Part shown: positions 25,866 through 38,508 of the stretch, piece by piece
Numbering within the stretch: position 1 is the first letter of the stretch
Layout: each line of letters starts with the position of its first letter
NCBI RefSeq assembly: GCF_001194135.2
Contig: NC_068992.1
Location: 52,545,811 to 52,609,810, forward strand
Direction: 5' to 3'
Length of the DNA: 64,000 nt
Source of the DNA: Octopus bimaculoides
Taxonomy: Eukaryota
The notes under the pieces: generated by a model
Seen by the model: the letters and a program-made list of their open reading frames with translations, nothing else
Told to the model about the DNA's origin: nothing
The model's database searches: none
Program-made: the position numbers and the translations under genes

Positions 25866-26270
25866 TTGTTGTTGTTGGCACTCTGTCGCCTACACTCTGT
25901 TGTTGGCACTCTGTCGAGGATTCCAGTTGATCCGATCAACGGAACAGCCTGCTCGTGAAATTAACTTGCAAGTGGCTGAGCACTCCACAGACACGTGTAC
26001 CCTTAATGTAGTTCTCGGGGATATTCAGTGTGACACAGTGTGACAAGGCTGACCCTTTGAATTACAGGCACAACAGAAACAGGAAGTAAGAGTGAGAGAA
26101 AGTTGTGGTGAAAGAGTACAGCAGGGTTCGCCACCATCTCCTGCCGGAGCCTCGTGGAGCTTTAGGTGTTTTCGCTCAATAAACACTCACAACGCCCGGT
26201 CTGGGAATCGAAACCGCGATCCTATGACCGCGAGTCTGCTGCCCTAAACACTGGGCCATTGTGCCTCCAC
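25866..26270 (-). mobile_element. SINE family B, full length, duplicated tail
   Basis: Complete family B; tail GTTGTTGGCACTCTGTC occurs twice; TGAGGTTA on both flanks. Confidence 0.9.
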
Positions 26271-26679
26271 TGACCTGAGGTTAAACAATAGTAAAACCAA
26301 CAACAATAGCAACTACAACAAGAATTGTAAACATAGATGACCACACCACAGCCATTTAATAACCATGGAGACAGCAGCATCATCAAAAGCAGTATCGGTG
26401 TAAGGAATGACATTGGCTACAATAAACCCAATAACTGTTACTAGCACACTATAGGTGACTATGGCTTAAGTTTAGGATTGGACATTGTGGTTGGTGTAAA
26501 CCTGATATATTTGGTTCATGATGGAATTTGCTGTGCAAAGCGGTTTGGGATGAGACTGTCACAGCTACAGTTACTTCATCTAAAAGACATCTCTAGTTTC
26601 TAAGCAATAACTTTGATTTCTTCCTATAAGGATGTCATTGTCATCATTGTTATCAACCTTGGTGGTGGTGGTGGTGGTG

Positions 26680-28020
26680 CTTAAGAGAGAGTGAAGTTTC
26701 AGCTGATGAAAGAATTTGAGTCCTTTGATGTCATGACAACAGAAAGTCCAAGTTCCACAACAGCCATATTAGGAGCATGGAAATAATTTAACAAGATGGT
26801 TGGTTGAAGAATTAAGCTAGTTTGAGCTCCAATATATTGTGTGTATACTGATAAAGGAAGAACGAGGAAACCAGGTAGGATTAAATGAAATGATTTAGTC
26901 AACCTGTTAAAAGAACATTAACATGGCAAAAATTGTTGAATAGATCTTGAATGATACTGGCAGAAAATATGAATATTGGTTTCTCACAGGATCAAGATGT
27001 AATGCCTCAAAGCTACCTGTGGCTACCTGTGAAATAAACCTTTTCTGCCAAGATCCAAACTCAATTGTGTATCCCACCTCACTGAAGTGGGAGTGAAGCC
27101 ACTTTTTAAAGCTGATAATAAGCTCCAGCAATCAAACCTGGATTTGCCTGCACTCAGCTGGTCTGTCACATGATGGGATGGATAGCTTGCTTAAAGTGAG
27201 AAAGGCTCGACCATCATGTGACCATCATGTAGAAAACATAGCATATGAGCCAATATTTGAATATTTAAGGGTAGACAGGCAATCTGTGAACATATACTTG
27301 CTACAATAGCAACAGCTTGATAGACATTTTCAAAGTTAAGTTTTTGCTTTAGAATATGTGTTTTGTTAGTTAACCAAAAGCTGAATAAGTCAATCTGATT
27401 CTTTGTGCCACATCTTGCTCAGAATTGTATTTGGTAGAGAGAGACAGCAGACTTCCAAGTTACACAGAGATTAACTTACTTCAGTGATGCACCCGAAAGG
27501 ACGATGTTAATATCCAGAAGGGAAGAAATTGGGGATGGTTGGGTGAGAACTTGAGTTTCTTTTAGTATTTACAGTGAGCTGAAAGTGTTACTATGCATTG
27601 GTGAAATTACTGACAGCATGTTGCAGTCCTAATCCTGAGTGACTGAGTATCATGCTATCATCGGCATAATGGAGTTGGGAATTTGATTGGTATGAATGAA
27701 GTTCTTTGACTGGACCCTCATGAAGTTGAAGAGTCCTCCATTAAAACGATATCTGATATCCATTCCTGACTGATCCAGGGGAAGTTCCATAAATCAATGC
27801 AGCAAAGTATAGGGAGATTTGAGCACGCAACCTTGTTTCAATCTACATGTTATTGGGAATTCTTCTGAGAGTTGACCACAAAGAAAGACACATCCAGTCA
27901 TATCACCATGCAGGGCTTAGATCAAGGAGACAAAATGATCAGGACATCCAAAACGACCAAGGACCATTCACATGGATAGTCACTACCAAAAGCCTTTTCT
28001 AGATCATTCAAGGGGCTTTT
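26680..28020 (-). mobile_element. RTE-clade LINE reverse transcriptase remnant, interrupted by a ~520-bp insert (26786-27304)
   Basis: Minus strand DLEKAF...RFGCPDHF...LKQGCVL...IRYRFNGGLFN...HYADD (YADD at 27657-27668)...NVYQAVAI | insert | ISMLL-YGC-GTWTFCCHDIKGLKFFHQ. Many stops/frameshifts. Confidence 0.88.
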
Positions 28021-28100
28021 GAGCTAATGTTCTTCTTTCCTCATTGGACTAGTATTCCTAACTATATTTTTGAGTCTTCGCATTAAAATATTTTCAACTA

Positions 28101-28555
28101 GGCGCAGGAGTGGCTGTGTGGTAAGTAGCTTGCTTACCAACCACATGGTTCCGGGTTCAGTCCCACTGCATGACACCTTGGGCAAGTGCCTTCTACTATA
28201 GCCTCGGGCTGACCAAAGCCTTGTGAGTGGATTTGGTAGATGGAAACTGAAAGAAGCCCGTCGTATATATGTATATATNNNNNNNNNNNNNNNNNNNNNN
28301 NNNNNNNNNNNNNNNNNNNNNNNTATATATATATATATACGTGTGTGTGTGTGTGTGTCTGTGTTTGTCCCCCCCACCATCACTTGACAACTGATGCTGG
28401 TGTGGTTACGTCCCCGTAACTTAGCGGTTCAGCAAAAAGAGACCGATAGAATAAGTACTAGGCTTACAAAGAATAAGTCCTAGGATCAATTTGCTCGACT
28501 AAAGGCGGTGCTCCAGCATGGTCGCAGTCAAATGACTGAAACAAGTAAAAGAGTA
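28101..28555 (+). mobile_element. SINE family A, full length (gap in internal microsatellite)
   Basis: GGCGCAGGAGTGGCTG...GTAAAAGAGT; AACTA on both flanks. Confidence 0.92.
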
Positions 28556-29168
28556 ACTATTATGCACTTTACTCATTTGTAGAGATATTTTCAAATACCA
28601 CATTCCATTCAACCAATCTCATCAGCGAAAATAACGAGGAAATTGCTAACTACATGCAAAAAAAAACTCAAAACAATACAAAATTCAAACATTTAACAGT
28701 TAAGCCTTACCATCTTTAGAGTAACATAATTGACACTTATTTCATGGAGTTGATTATCTGGGATCTTTATATTTTCTACTTATAAACCATCATTCGTTGA
28801 TGAGTTTCTCACAGTTCATGTATAAGATATTGCGTCTGTTGTTAAATATTCATATTTCACATTATTTCCAATATTATGTTATTTAATTCAATATACTGAC
28901 TTAAGGATTGTCATCTACCACAATTCCATTTCCAGTATCTAATCTAACTTCATCTAGTTATCTTTCTCTTGCTCATTTATTTTACACGCTAATTACTCCA
29001 GTTTCATGTAGTTATAGCATCGTTGCTCACTTATTACTGAAATTTCCTTCTTTCATTGCAAGTAGTGAGCAAGGATCTACATTATTGCTTGATCTAATGA
29101 ATATAACAACTTATTTTTCTTCAAATTACATGCTGGTGTTTAAGAAAAAACGGAAGGATATATTTGAT

Positions 29169-29333
29169 TGTTATGTCTCAAGCTACTGCTATCTAGCACC
29201 TTCGGATGATCTCTACTCAAACGCTACACAACTGCTACTCGACTGCTACTCAACACTCCTACCACGGCCAGACTACCTCTACTTATATGCCTTGGGAGAT
29301 CCTACTTCTTCGCCTGGGGGCGTCGACACAACA
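29169..29333 (-). mobile_element. 165-bp solo LTR
   Basis: TG...CA termini with 9-bp inverted ends TGTTATGTC / GACACAACA (1 mismatch); perfect 5-bp TSD TTGAT (29164-29168, 29334-29338); TATA-like CATATAAG on minus strand; GC- and CpG-rich. Confidence 0.85.
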
Positions 29334-30120
29334 TTGATTATGTAGAACTGGTTCTGAAACCAAAAATAAAGACAAAGATTGGAATTAATTGGACCCTGTG
29401 TCAGCTTGATCAGGGCTGACCTTAGAGCTAAACAACAGCCTTTTGATACACATATAAGGTGTTTTTTTTACCTTGGCTACCTCTATAATAAAAGACTGAA
29501 AATTAATGATAGGATAGCACAGTTCACTGCTTGGTGTATATCTCTTCATGCTGGAATTATTTTTGGTTGCCATGTCCTTGACTTGTTAAAGCTGTTGCAC
29601 TAACCAGACACTGACCAAGCACTCTGCCAGTTTTAAAATTCAGTTATTTGCCAAATCTGTGAAAAGGAGCAATGTGAAACTAAAGTGCCATACCAAAGAG
29701 CATAATGCATCTACTAAACCAGTCCTCAGTCACACATCCTATACAAAACACCAGTCCTCAGTCAAATCATCCAAACCATGCTATCATGGAAAGCGGACGT
29801 TGAACGATGATGATGATGATGATGAAGTTAATAATGGTTGGTACTTTAGATACCTGGCTGGTTGTTTTGAGTGAATGAGATTGTTTGATATTATAGACCT
29901 CAGTATGTAACTGTTATTTATGAAAGTATAAAAAGCAAAATTGATCTCAGCTGGACATAAACTCACATATTCTAAGAGGTGGGGAAAATAGCTCAAGATA
30001 TTCTTTCTGACACTTTAATAATTCTGTCAATCCATCACATTTACTGAAGTAATTAATTAATTGATTAATAATGTTCTACAAAAAGGAACTCTGATGAAGG
30101 TCTATTATGATTATGTAGAA

Positions 30121-30655
30121 ACAGGAGTGGCTGTGTGGTAAGTAGCTTGCTTACCAACCACATGGTTCCGGGTTCATTCCCACTGCGTGGCACCTTGGGC
30201 AAGTGTCTTCTACTATAGCCTCGGGCCGACCAAAGCCTTGTGAGTGGATTTGGTAGACGGAAACTGAAAGAAGCCTGTCGTATATATGTATATATATATA
30301 TATATNNNNNNNNNNNNNNNNNNNNNNNNNNNNNNNNNNNNNNNNNNNNNNNNNNNNNNNNNNNNNNNNNNNNNNNNNNNNNNNNNNNNNNNNNNNNNNN
30401 NNNNNNNNNNNNNNNNNNNNNNNNNNNNNNNNNNNNNNNNNNNNNNNNNNNNNNNNNNNTGTGTTTGTCCCCCCAACATCGCTTGACAACCGATGGTGGT
30501 GTGTTTACGTCCCCATAACTTAGCGGTTCGGCAAAAGAGACCAATAGAATAAGTACTAGGCATCCAAAGAATAAGTCCTGTGTTGATTTGTTTGATTAAA
30601 GGTGGTGCTCCAGCATGGCCGCAGTCAAATGACTGAAACAAGTAAAAGAGTAAAC
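30121..30655 (+). mobile_element. SINE family A, full length (N-gap 30306-30459)
   Basis: Near-consensus head and tail. Confidence 0.92.
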
Positions 30656-31563
30656 TAAGGAGATGATACCCATTTTTGCTCCTAAGCATTGATAAAAAAC
30701 TTGTAGTGAAAACAGTTTGGTTGTCTTACCTATTGAAGCTAGAACTGTAAGTTTATAAAAACAATATAGATAATATTAGATTTTGAAAATAGTTTACAAT
30801 CAAAGAAACCTTGAATAATTTGGGGACACTACACCTCACTTATGAATAATGAATAATAAAAATAAAGTAACTTTAGAATTTATTGCAATGTCTTCAATGA
30901 ACTCATTTGTCAATATAATAATGAATGATTGTTCCAGTGTTTAATATTTGTGGTTATTGTCTATCGAAGACAAAATGAGATTGTGAAATAATTGTGTTGC
31001 AATTCTGAGTACAAACTACCGCTGATCAGAATCAGAATTGCAATGTTGCACTTCTAATAGTTTGGAGTTGATTTATTGAACACATTTGACCAGTAAAACA
31101 CTTAAGAAAGGCCATATAGAATTCTGCTGACAGAGATTTCAAATGTTGCAATCATTGAAAAATGTGAACAATATTCTTGATGCCAGCTTTTACTAATTAG
31201 TGAAGCTAAGTAGCATTGCAATTACCCTCATTAATACACTAAGTATGTGACTTATTAAGCAAGTGAGATAATATGTCAAATGATGAGAATCACTTAGAAT
31301 TAGAGCTGAAATTCTCTTGTGGGTGGCACAGAATGCATTAATTTTGATTAATAAGTAGGATGTCCTGTATATTCTGGCTTTGATTCCTGTCCAACATTTC
31401 CTTCTGCTATTCATGATTTGTTATCTTGATGGAATTTATTTTCTGGTCACTCATCTGTGAACATGTCACTGTTTCTTGCTTTGCGATTCCTCAAAAAGGA
31501 TATAATATATATATACATATACATACATAAATACATACCTATATATGTCCTCACACACAAAAG

Positions 31564-31613
<50 letters not shown>

Positions 31614-32376
31614 ACACACAGACACACACACACGCATACACACATATATCTATACTCTTTAAAGGTTTATGTAGACATTTGGCAACCAGGATGGAGTTAA
31701 AAATTGTAAATGTTTTGCTATCTAGAATAGTTTTACACAGATGCATGCACACATGCATACACACACACACACATACACACACACACATACACACACACAT
31801 ACATACACACATACACACACACATACACACACACAAGTCATTTAGATTAAGCGAATGAGTTGATTCTATCATTTTGTACAAATCTAATATTGATGTGTTT
31901 GGCAAAGAAATAGTAAATGACTTCATTAATAATAACAAATATTAATTTTTAACATAATGTTTAATCGAATATAAAACCTTTATCCTGGTTGAAGAGTTTC
32001 TGCTGTTCAATGCTGGCCACGCATCTGCACACGTAAATGCAGGCCTGGACAAGATTTACTTTAAGGAAGACTAGTAGTTGCCCATGCATGCAATCGCCCC
32101 TTCTCCTCACCACTGACTTTCATATGAAGTAAAGGTCTCTGACATAAACTGATACAGCTTGGCACCAAGGCTGTCACAAGCATTGCCATCCGAACATAAG
32201 AGGATGGAGTTCACATTATAGAGCTTCTTCCCTTAACCTCAAACATCATCATCATCGTCGTTGTCGTCATCGTCATCGTTTCCGCCACCGCCACTGTCAT
32301 CGTTGTTGTTGTCCTCCACATCCTTTAACATCTGTTTTCCATATTGGAATGGGTTGGATGGTTTGATCAGAGCTGG

Positions 32377-32735
32377 GAAATATATCCAAAGTATGAATTC
32401 ATATTCATACCAATAATAATTGGAGCACTAGGTTTTGTTAGTAAATGCTTAAAGGAGAATCTGGATAAACTGGGATTTTCAGAAATAGAAACTGACCGGC
32501 TGATTCGTATATTACAAGTGCAATAGGTGAGTGGAACAGTAAAAATATGCAAGACTTTTCTCAAGTTCTAAATGTGAATTTGCCTGTGTTAACTACATTC
32601 CAAAGATGGAGCCTTGTATCTTTGTTGCAAACTAGCTTCCGACTCAATGGAAGATTTATGATAATTAAAAAATAGAAAAGACATACATACATACATACAT
32701 ACATACATACATACATACATAAATACATACATACA

Positions 32736-32765
<30 letters not shown>
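32377..32765 (+). mobile_element. 3' end of an R4/Dong-like (restriction-like endonuclease) non-LTR retrotransposon with (ACAT)n tail
   Basis: EIYPKYEFIFIPIIIGALGFVSKCLKENLDKLGF...QVQ*VSGTVKICKTFLKF* (stop 32569-32571); the PIxIGALG motif resembles R4/Dong C-termini; short 3' UTR then (ACAT)n. Sits next to a family C copy. Confidence 0.7.
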
Positions 32766-32770
<5 letters not shown>

Positions 32771-33374
32771 GAACATGCACGCATGCATAAAGAAATACCA
32801 TTTTCTAAGGATACAATTCAAAAACCTGAATACTGAAACAGTGAATTTATGCGGTGAATATGAGTAAAAAGTAAAATACACCAATACTACAGTATAAGTA
32901 AGCGGATTAGCAGATAAACATGTTGATAACAGATTTGTATTCTTCAACACTCGAAATTGCTTGTAAGAGAGATGCATATTCCTTGTTAATATATCTTTTG
33001 AATGAAATAGTGAAATTACAGCAAAACTGCTTCTGTTTCTGGAACATGAGTTTATCATTATTTAAGGGAGACTTCTTGTTAACTACAAGTACTTCAATTT
33101 AGATTGTACAGATATTCAGTAAACTGTAACTGGTATACTACTGAAAGAAAACTATTACATGTTGATTGGTAGGACTCAATCAGATGTGATCATAGAATCA
33201 GCTGTTGTTGTTGTAGATTAGTAAAACATCTGCCTTGATTCTGCTGACTGATGATTAAATGTAACCCTTACATGACAATCCTGTCTTATTTTTAGGCCTT
33301 CTATATCTAGGATATAATGATGAAATGGATTCTTTCATGTATTTCTTTATTTTATACTGAAGTTACTTGGCTGT

Positions 33375-33711
33375 GTGGAGGCGCAATGGCCCAGTGGTTA
33401 GGGCAGCAGACTCGCAGTCATAGGATTGCGGTTTCGATTCCCAGACCGGGCATTGTGAGTGTTTATTGAGCGAAAACACCTAAAGCTCCACGAGGCTCCA
33501 GCTTTCTCTCACTCTTACTTCCTGTTTCTGTTGTACCTGTACTTCTAAGGGTCAGCCTTGTCACACTGTGTCACGCTGAATATCTTTGAGAACTACGTTA
33601 AGGGTACACGTGTCTGTGGAGTGCTTAGACATTTGCACGTTAATTTTACGAGCAGGCTGTTCCGTTGATCGGATTAACTGGAACCCTCGATGTTGTAAGC
33701 GATGGAGTGCC

Positions 33712-33752
<41 letters not shown>

Positions 33753-33753
33753 C
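33375..33753 (+). mobile_element. SINE family B with internal deletion and (AAC)n tail
   Basis: GTGGAGGCGCAATGGCCCAGTGGTTAGGGCAGC head...GGAGTGCC(AAC)n; flanks ACTTGG(C/G)TGTG. Confidence 0.92.
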
Positions 33754-33850
33754 TTGGGTGTGATTAGAGGGATATTTGGCTGCTGTTCTTGTAGGTGGCT
33801 TTATTGCATGGAGATTCCTGTGTTGGCTTACTCATATAGTGTCGTTTTGG

Positions 33851-34200
33851 TATTGGGTTGGTCAAAAAGTCTGTTTAGTATTTTACATGAAAATAAGACA
33901 CAAGCTTCAAGCACAAGGTGAAATATTCAATCACTGTTATAATTACCATTTCATTTCAGTGTCTTCTGCTATCTTGTAGTCAGATCTTTATTCCCTGCTT
34001 GAAGAATCTTCTATCTTTACTGGCAAAAATTTTTCCTAGGTGAAATTTTACATCCTCTTCAGAGTTGAAAATTTGTCAATTCAGTGAATATCGAAGAGAG
34101 AAAAAAACAGATTGAAATCGCTTAGGTGTACGGTTTGGCAAATACTGTGGGTGTGGCCAAAAATTTCCACATCAGATCTTCTATTGAAGGATAACATTCT
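33851..34200 (-). mobile_element. mariner 3' remnant
   Basis: TIR TA|TTGGGTTGGTCAAAAAGT at 33851; minus strand FNSEEDVKFHL...ASKDRRFFKQGI and PHPQY resemble the mariner C-terminus. Confidence 0.7.
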
Positions 34201-34692
34201 CTCTTCCTCCCAATAGTCTTAGAGGCTCTATAAAGTGTCATGAGCACTGCTTTCTCATCTGCTTAAAATATGAAAAGAAAAATATCATCTAAATTTATCA
34301 ATTTATTATTTAGGTTGGTAGAGCATGATTCAAGAGTGATTTGGTTACTATTTTTGGCAGATCAGCCTCCATCATGGAGGCTCCCACATTGGCTCAAATA
34401 TTATATGTGTATATGTTATTGCTTGCTTGTGTATCAGAATTTTATGATTAATGAGCCTACAGTTTTGATTCCAAGCCTTCAAGGTCTGAAATGTGAAACT
34501 AGAAACCATTCCAGTGTATTCTCACTCTACCATTCCCTGAAGTGAGCATAATCACAAGAAATTCGATATTTCTGTGACAACTTTAATGGTTTTAGAACAT
34601 TAGAAATTGAAGATTATGACAGCAACCGGAGTCCTTAATGTGGCTATTCAACAGGCTATAAATAATATTGGTATTCTCCTCCAAAAACATAC

Positions 34693-34700
34693 CTTGCCAT
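34693..34700 (-). other. Candidate 8-nt microexon ATGGCAAG (or end of a 63-nt exon from an upstream CAG acceptor)
   Basis: tatccttccattttatttaag|ATGGCAAG|gtatgt; consensus acceptor and donor back to back. Confidence 0.25.
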
Positions 34701-35140
34701 CTTAAATAAAATGGAAGGATACATGGGTTAATACAGCCACTGGTATTTGTTTTAGTTCTGCCAAAATATGTTGGGAACATCAAGGTTGGAATGCTTTGAT
34801 TATCGGTCTGCTTGGTCAGAAATGACCTTGGGCTAAACAGCAAAAACCACAACAACAATAAAAATATCATTGAAAAAATTGATAGTATTTGCAAGTAACA
34901 TTGTGTCTTACCCATTAGCATTTAAGCTGGCTACGTCCAGCCTAAATATTCTGTTTTATGTTCAAACATATTAAATCCAGCCTCTCATCTACCCTGGGAT
35001 GTCACTCTAAAAATAAGCAGTCACATCAAAATTTTGAAGCCACAAGATAATTCAGGATTGATTTTATAAAATGTAAATAAATAACTATTACATTTGACAA
35101 AATAATTTGAATGGTAAATCTGAAGAATAGGAAATATAAT

Positions 35141-35527
35141 TTGTTGTTGGCACTCCATCACTTACGACGTTGAGGGTTCCAGTTGATTCGATCAATGGAA
35201 CAGCCTGCTTGTGAAATTAACATGCAAGTGGCTGAGCACTCCACAGACATATGTACCCTTAACGTAGTTCTCGGGGATATTCAACGTGACACAGTGTGAC
35301 AAGGCTGGCCCTTTGAATTACAGGCACAACAGAAACAGGAAGTAAGAGTGAGAGAAAGTTGTGGTGAAAGAGTACACCAGGGTTCGCCACCATCCCCTGC
35401 CGGAGCCTCGGAGAGGTTTAGGTGTTTTCGCTCAATAAACACTCAAAACGCCCGGTTTGGGAATCTAAACCGCGATCCTATGACCGCAAGTCTGCTGCCC
35501 TAACCACTGGGCCATTGCGCCTCCACC
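35141..35527 (-). mobile_element. SINE family B, full length with 12-bp TSD
   Basis: TSD AGGAAATATAAT at 35129-35140 and 35528-35539. Confidence 0.95.
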
Positions 35528-37674
35528 AGGAAATATAATGTGGAATATATAAACTAAGAAATTTTCTTTTCCTTCCTCATCCAGAATGTGTATCCCTTAA
35601 AAACTCCAAGAATGAATCGATAAGGGTACCTCAGTTGTATCACTCATCCTGCTAGAAACACTAAACATGCTTTCTTTAAATTGCACCCTGCAGTCTGAAG
35701 AAGAGGAGGACACATCAAACAATTGTAAAACTTTATGCTTCTAATAAAAATCGATTATCATGGATGGAATACCTTTCTTCATTGGTTTGCTGGATCATGG
35801 TTGACCTTGGACTAAGTAGCAATGACATTAACTGCAACAACAGCCACAGCAACAACGACAACAGCAACAACAACAACAGACAATCATGGCAACAACAACT
35901 ACAATAATAATGGCTACAATGGCAACAACAAAAACCAAGAACGATGACAACAATAATAACAACATCAACAATGAAAGCTGTTGTACATTTGTGTTTTCCT
36001 GAAGATACTCTTATCCAATTGTTTGAAGAATGAGATAGCCTCTACGTGGTCGTTTGATCTTCTAGAAACAGCAACAAAATCTCGCTCAAATTACGCCCTA
36101 CCAATTAATGATATGGAAAATACATTGTGTATTGTAGTCTAAAATATTTCATTTTTTTTATTTGATTTACATGATTGCTTATGTGAATTCGTGTATTCAA
36201 TCAAGGTAAACAAACAATCAATTTGTCAGTTGGATAATTGACCAATTGAGTAATAATAAAGGAATTGAACCAATGCGTGTGTTAATAATATTGTCCAAAA
36301 TTTTGTTATGTCTGAAAAACAGAATAGGAGTAAAACAGAATTGTCCTGTTTGAAATACCTTTGACTGTGTATCTGCTCAATTAAAATTGACCTAGGTTAA
36401 ACAGAAGAACAATCATGGAAGCTTAACTTCTCAGTAGTTACTCAATCTGTTAGAAATAACAACCCAAAGAAAAAACCTTTTAATTAGTTGCATGATCTGC
36501 TTGATATAACAACAACATATCTCTTGAATCACATACATTCTGCTGATCAAAAAGCACAAGAGAAAATATGCTGGTCCCTGCACTCTGAAAAGAACAATAT
36601 CTGAAAATTAAATGGAATAATAATTGCTATAATGTTATTATTCACATGCAGTCAGTTGGAGCAATTTTAGGACTAGCAGCAGTGTTTTAGCATGAAATGT
36701 GGCAAAGTACATCACAAGGACACTTCATGTAGTTAGAGATATATCAAGCTTAAGGGGGTGAGCAGAAATTTTAGCCAATATCCACACCATGCCACTGGAC
36801 AAAAGATAATCCTGTTGGTTGTATTTGAACTTTGAATATATAAGACTTAATCTTCATAGTGAAATGAATGTAGTTCAGTATCTCACTCATTCACAGTCTT
36901 CATTATAATTGATATATTAGCTGGGATTCTCTTTAACTGTTGAACCAGCGGACTAACACATCATTTTTCAAAACTTCAAACAATAAAACTGCTTTAACTG
37001 AAATAACAGACTAATAACTTTCTGGGAATCCTTCTCATTTTCAACTTGAAGAAACATTGGTAAAGTACTGACATCTAGGGAATGTCTAGTAAAAACAAAA
37101 CAACAAACAAAAAAAAAAAGATAGAAACCAAGAAAGAAGGACAAAAAGTAAAACTAAAGAACAAAAAAAACGAAAAAGGAAAGACTTGAAAATTCTTCTT
37201 TCTCTCTAAGTTCCATTATACTTTGCAGACTGACACATTATCTATATTTTCACTTGACTACATTCTCTGATGGCATAATATGTGTTCACAGCGAAGTCGA
37301 TAGCAATTCACTGTAACTTGAACATGCCATCAAAATGACATAGATTTATAGTGCTGATCTGTTGGCTTCCTAACAGATATGACATCGTTTTAGTTCAGTC
37401 GTGCATGCAAGAAAACTGAATATTTCACTTGATTTTAAAAGGCACTGTTGCAGTTAAAGAAAGCTTAACAACTTGTTAATTGTATCAGAGAGTAAAATGG
37501 AAAAAAAAAAAAAAAAAAAAAAATCTGCTGGAGATAGTATTGTGTGCTTTTTCATACCTTCATATCAAGCAGCTGATATTTTAATGGAGATAGTAAGGTC
37601 TTGGCACCACTTAAAGTTATGAGTAAAAATGAACAATTCAGAAATATGCAATTTTGTATTTTTCTTTTTACTTA

Positions 37675-37709
37675 TCATCATCATCATCATCATCATCACC
37701 ATCACCGTC

Positions 37710-37740
<31 letters not shown>

Positions 37741-37777
37741 CCACCACCATCACCATCACCATCATCACCATATCACC

Positions 37778-37826
<49 letters not shown>

Positions 37827-37917
37827 ACTTCATCGTCATCATTATTATTATCATTATTATTATTATGGTTGTTGATGTAGCGTGTTGTTATCATTTTTAT
37901 TACTATTATTATTGTTG

Positions 37918-37940
<23 letters not shown>
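37675..37940. repeat. Compound (CAT/CAC/TAT)n array
   Basis: Direct inspection; source of poly-His/Ile/Ser ORFs. Confidence 0.95.
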
Positions 37941-37960
<20 letters not shown>

Positions 37961-38454
37961 TGTCATTTTCTTTTGTTTTTTTTTCTTTTTCTTACATTCC
38001 TATACAGGTTGATTGTGTTTTATGCCGAATGCACTGCTACAACTGACACGATTCCCATTTAAGTAGCGTGTTGATGGAATCGTAAAGTGACACAGAGGAG
38101 TGATCCTAAGCCACTTTCGTTATGTAAGAAGTAAAGACATAAAATTAATATGACATAGAACACAATAATATGTGTAATTATTGTTGATTAGTCACTGCTA
38201 ATTCTTTTATAATACATGCTAAAAGACTTATGCTGTTTTATAATAGGAGGATGTATGGATAAGTGGATGTGTGTGTGAGTGTGTGTGTGTGTGAGTGTGT
38301 GTGTGTGTGAGTGTGTGTGTATGACAGTGTGATGGTATTTGTATCTGTGTGTGCATGGTTACTTTTATTTATATACACATGTATGAATTAAAATGCATGC
38401 ATGTATATATGTATATATGCATACACGTGCATATATATGCACTATTGTATACAC

Positions 38455-38508
<54 letters not shown>

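Noticed and set aside
28908-29345. 145-aa plus-strand ORF
   Set aside because: Low-complexity AT-rich start reading into the solo LTR; no homology or splice support.
33375-33450. tRNA-like sequences with A/B boxes
   Set aside because: They are SINE heads continuing into family-specific bodies and tails; no complete cloverleaf or discrete tRNA gene could be supported.
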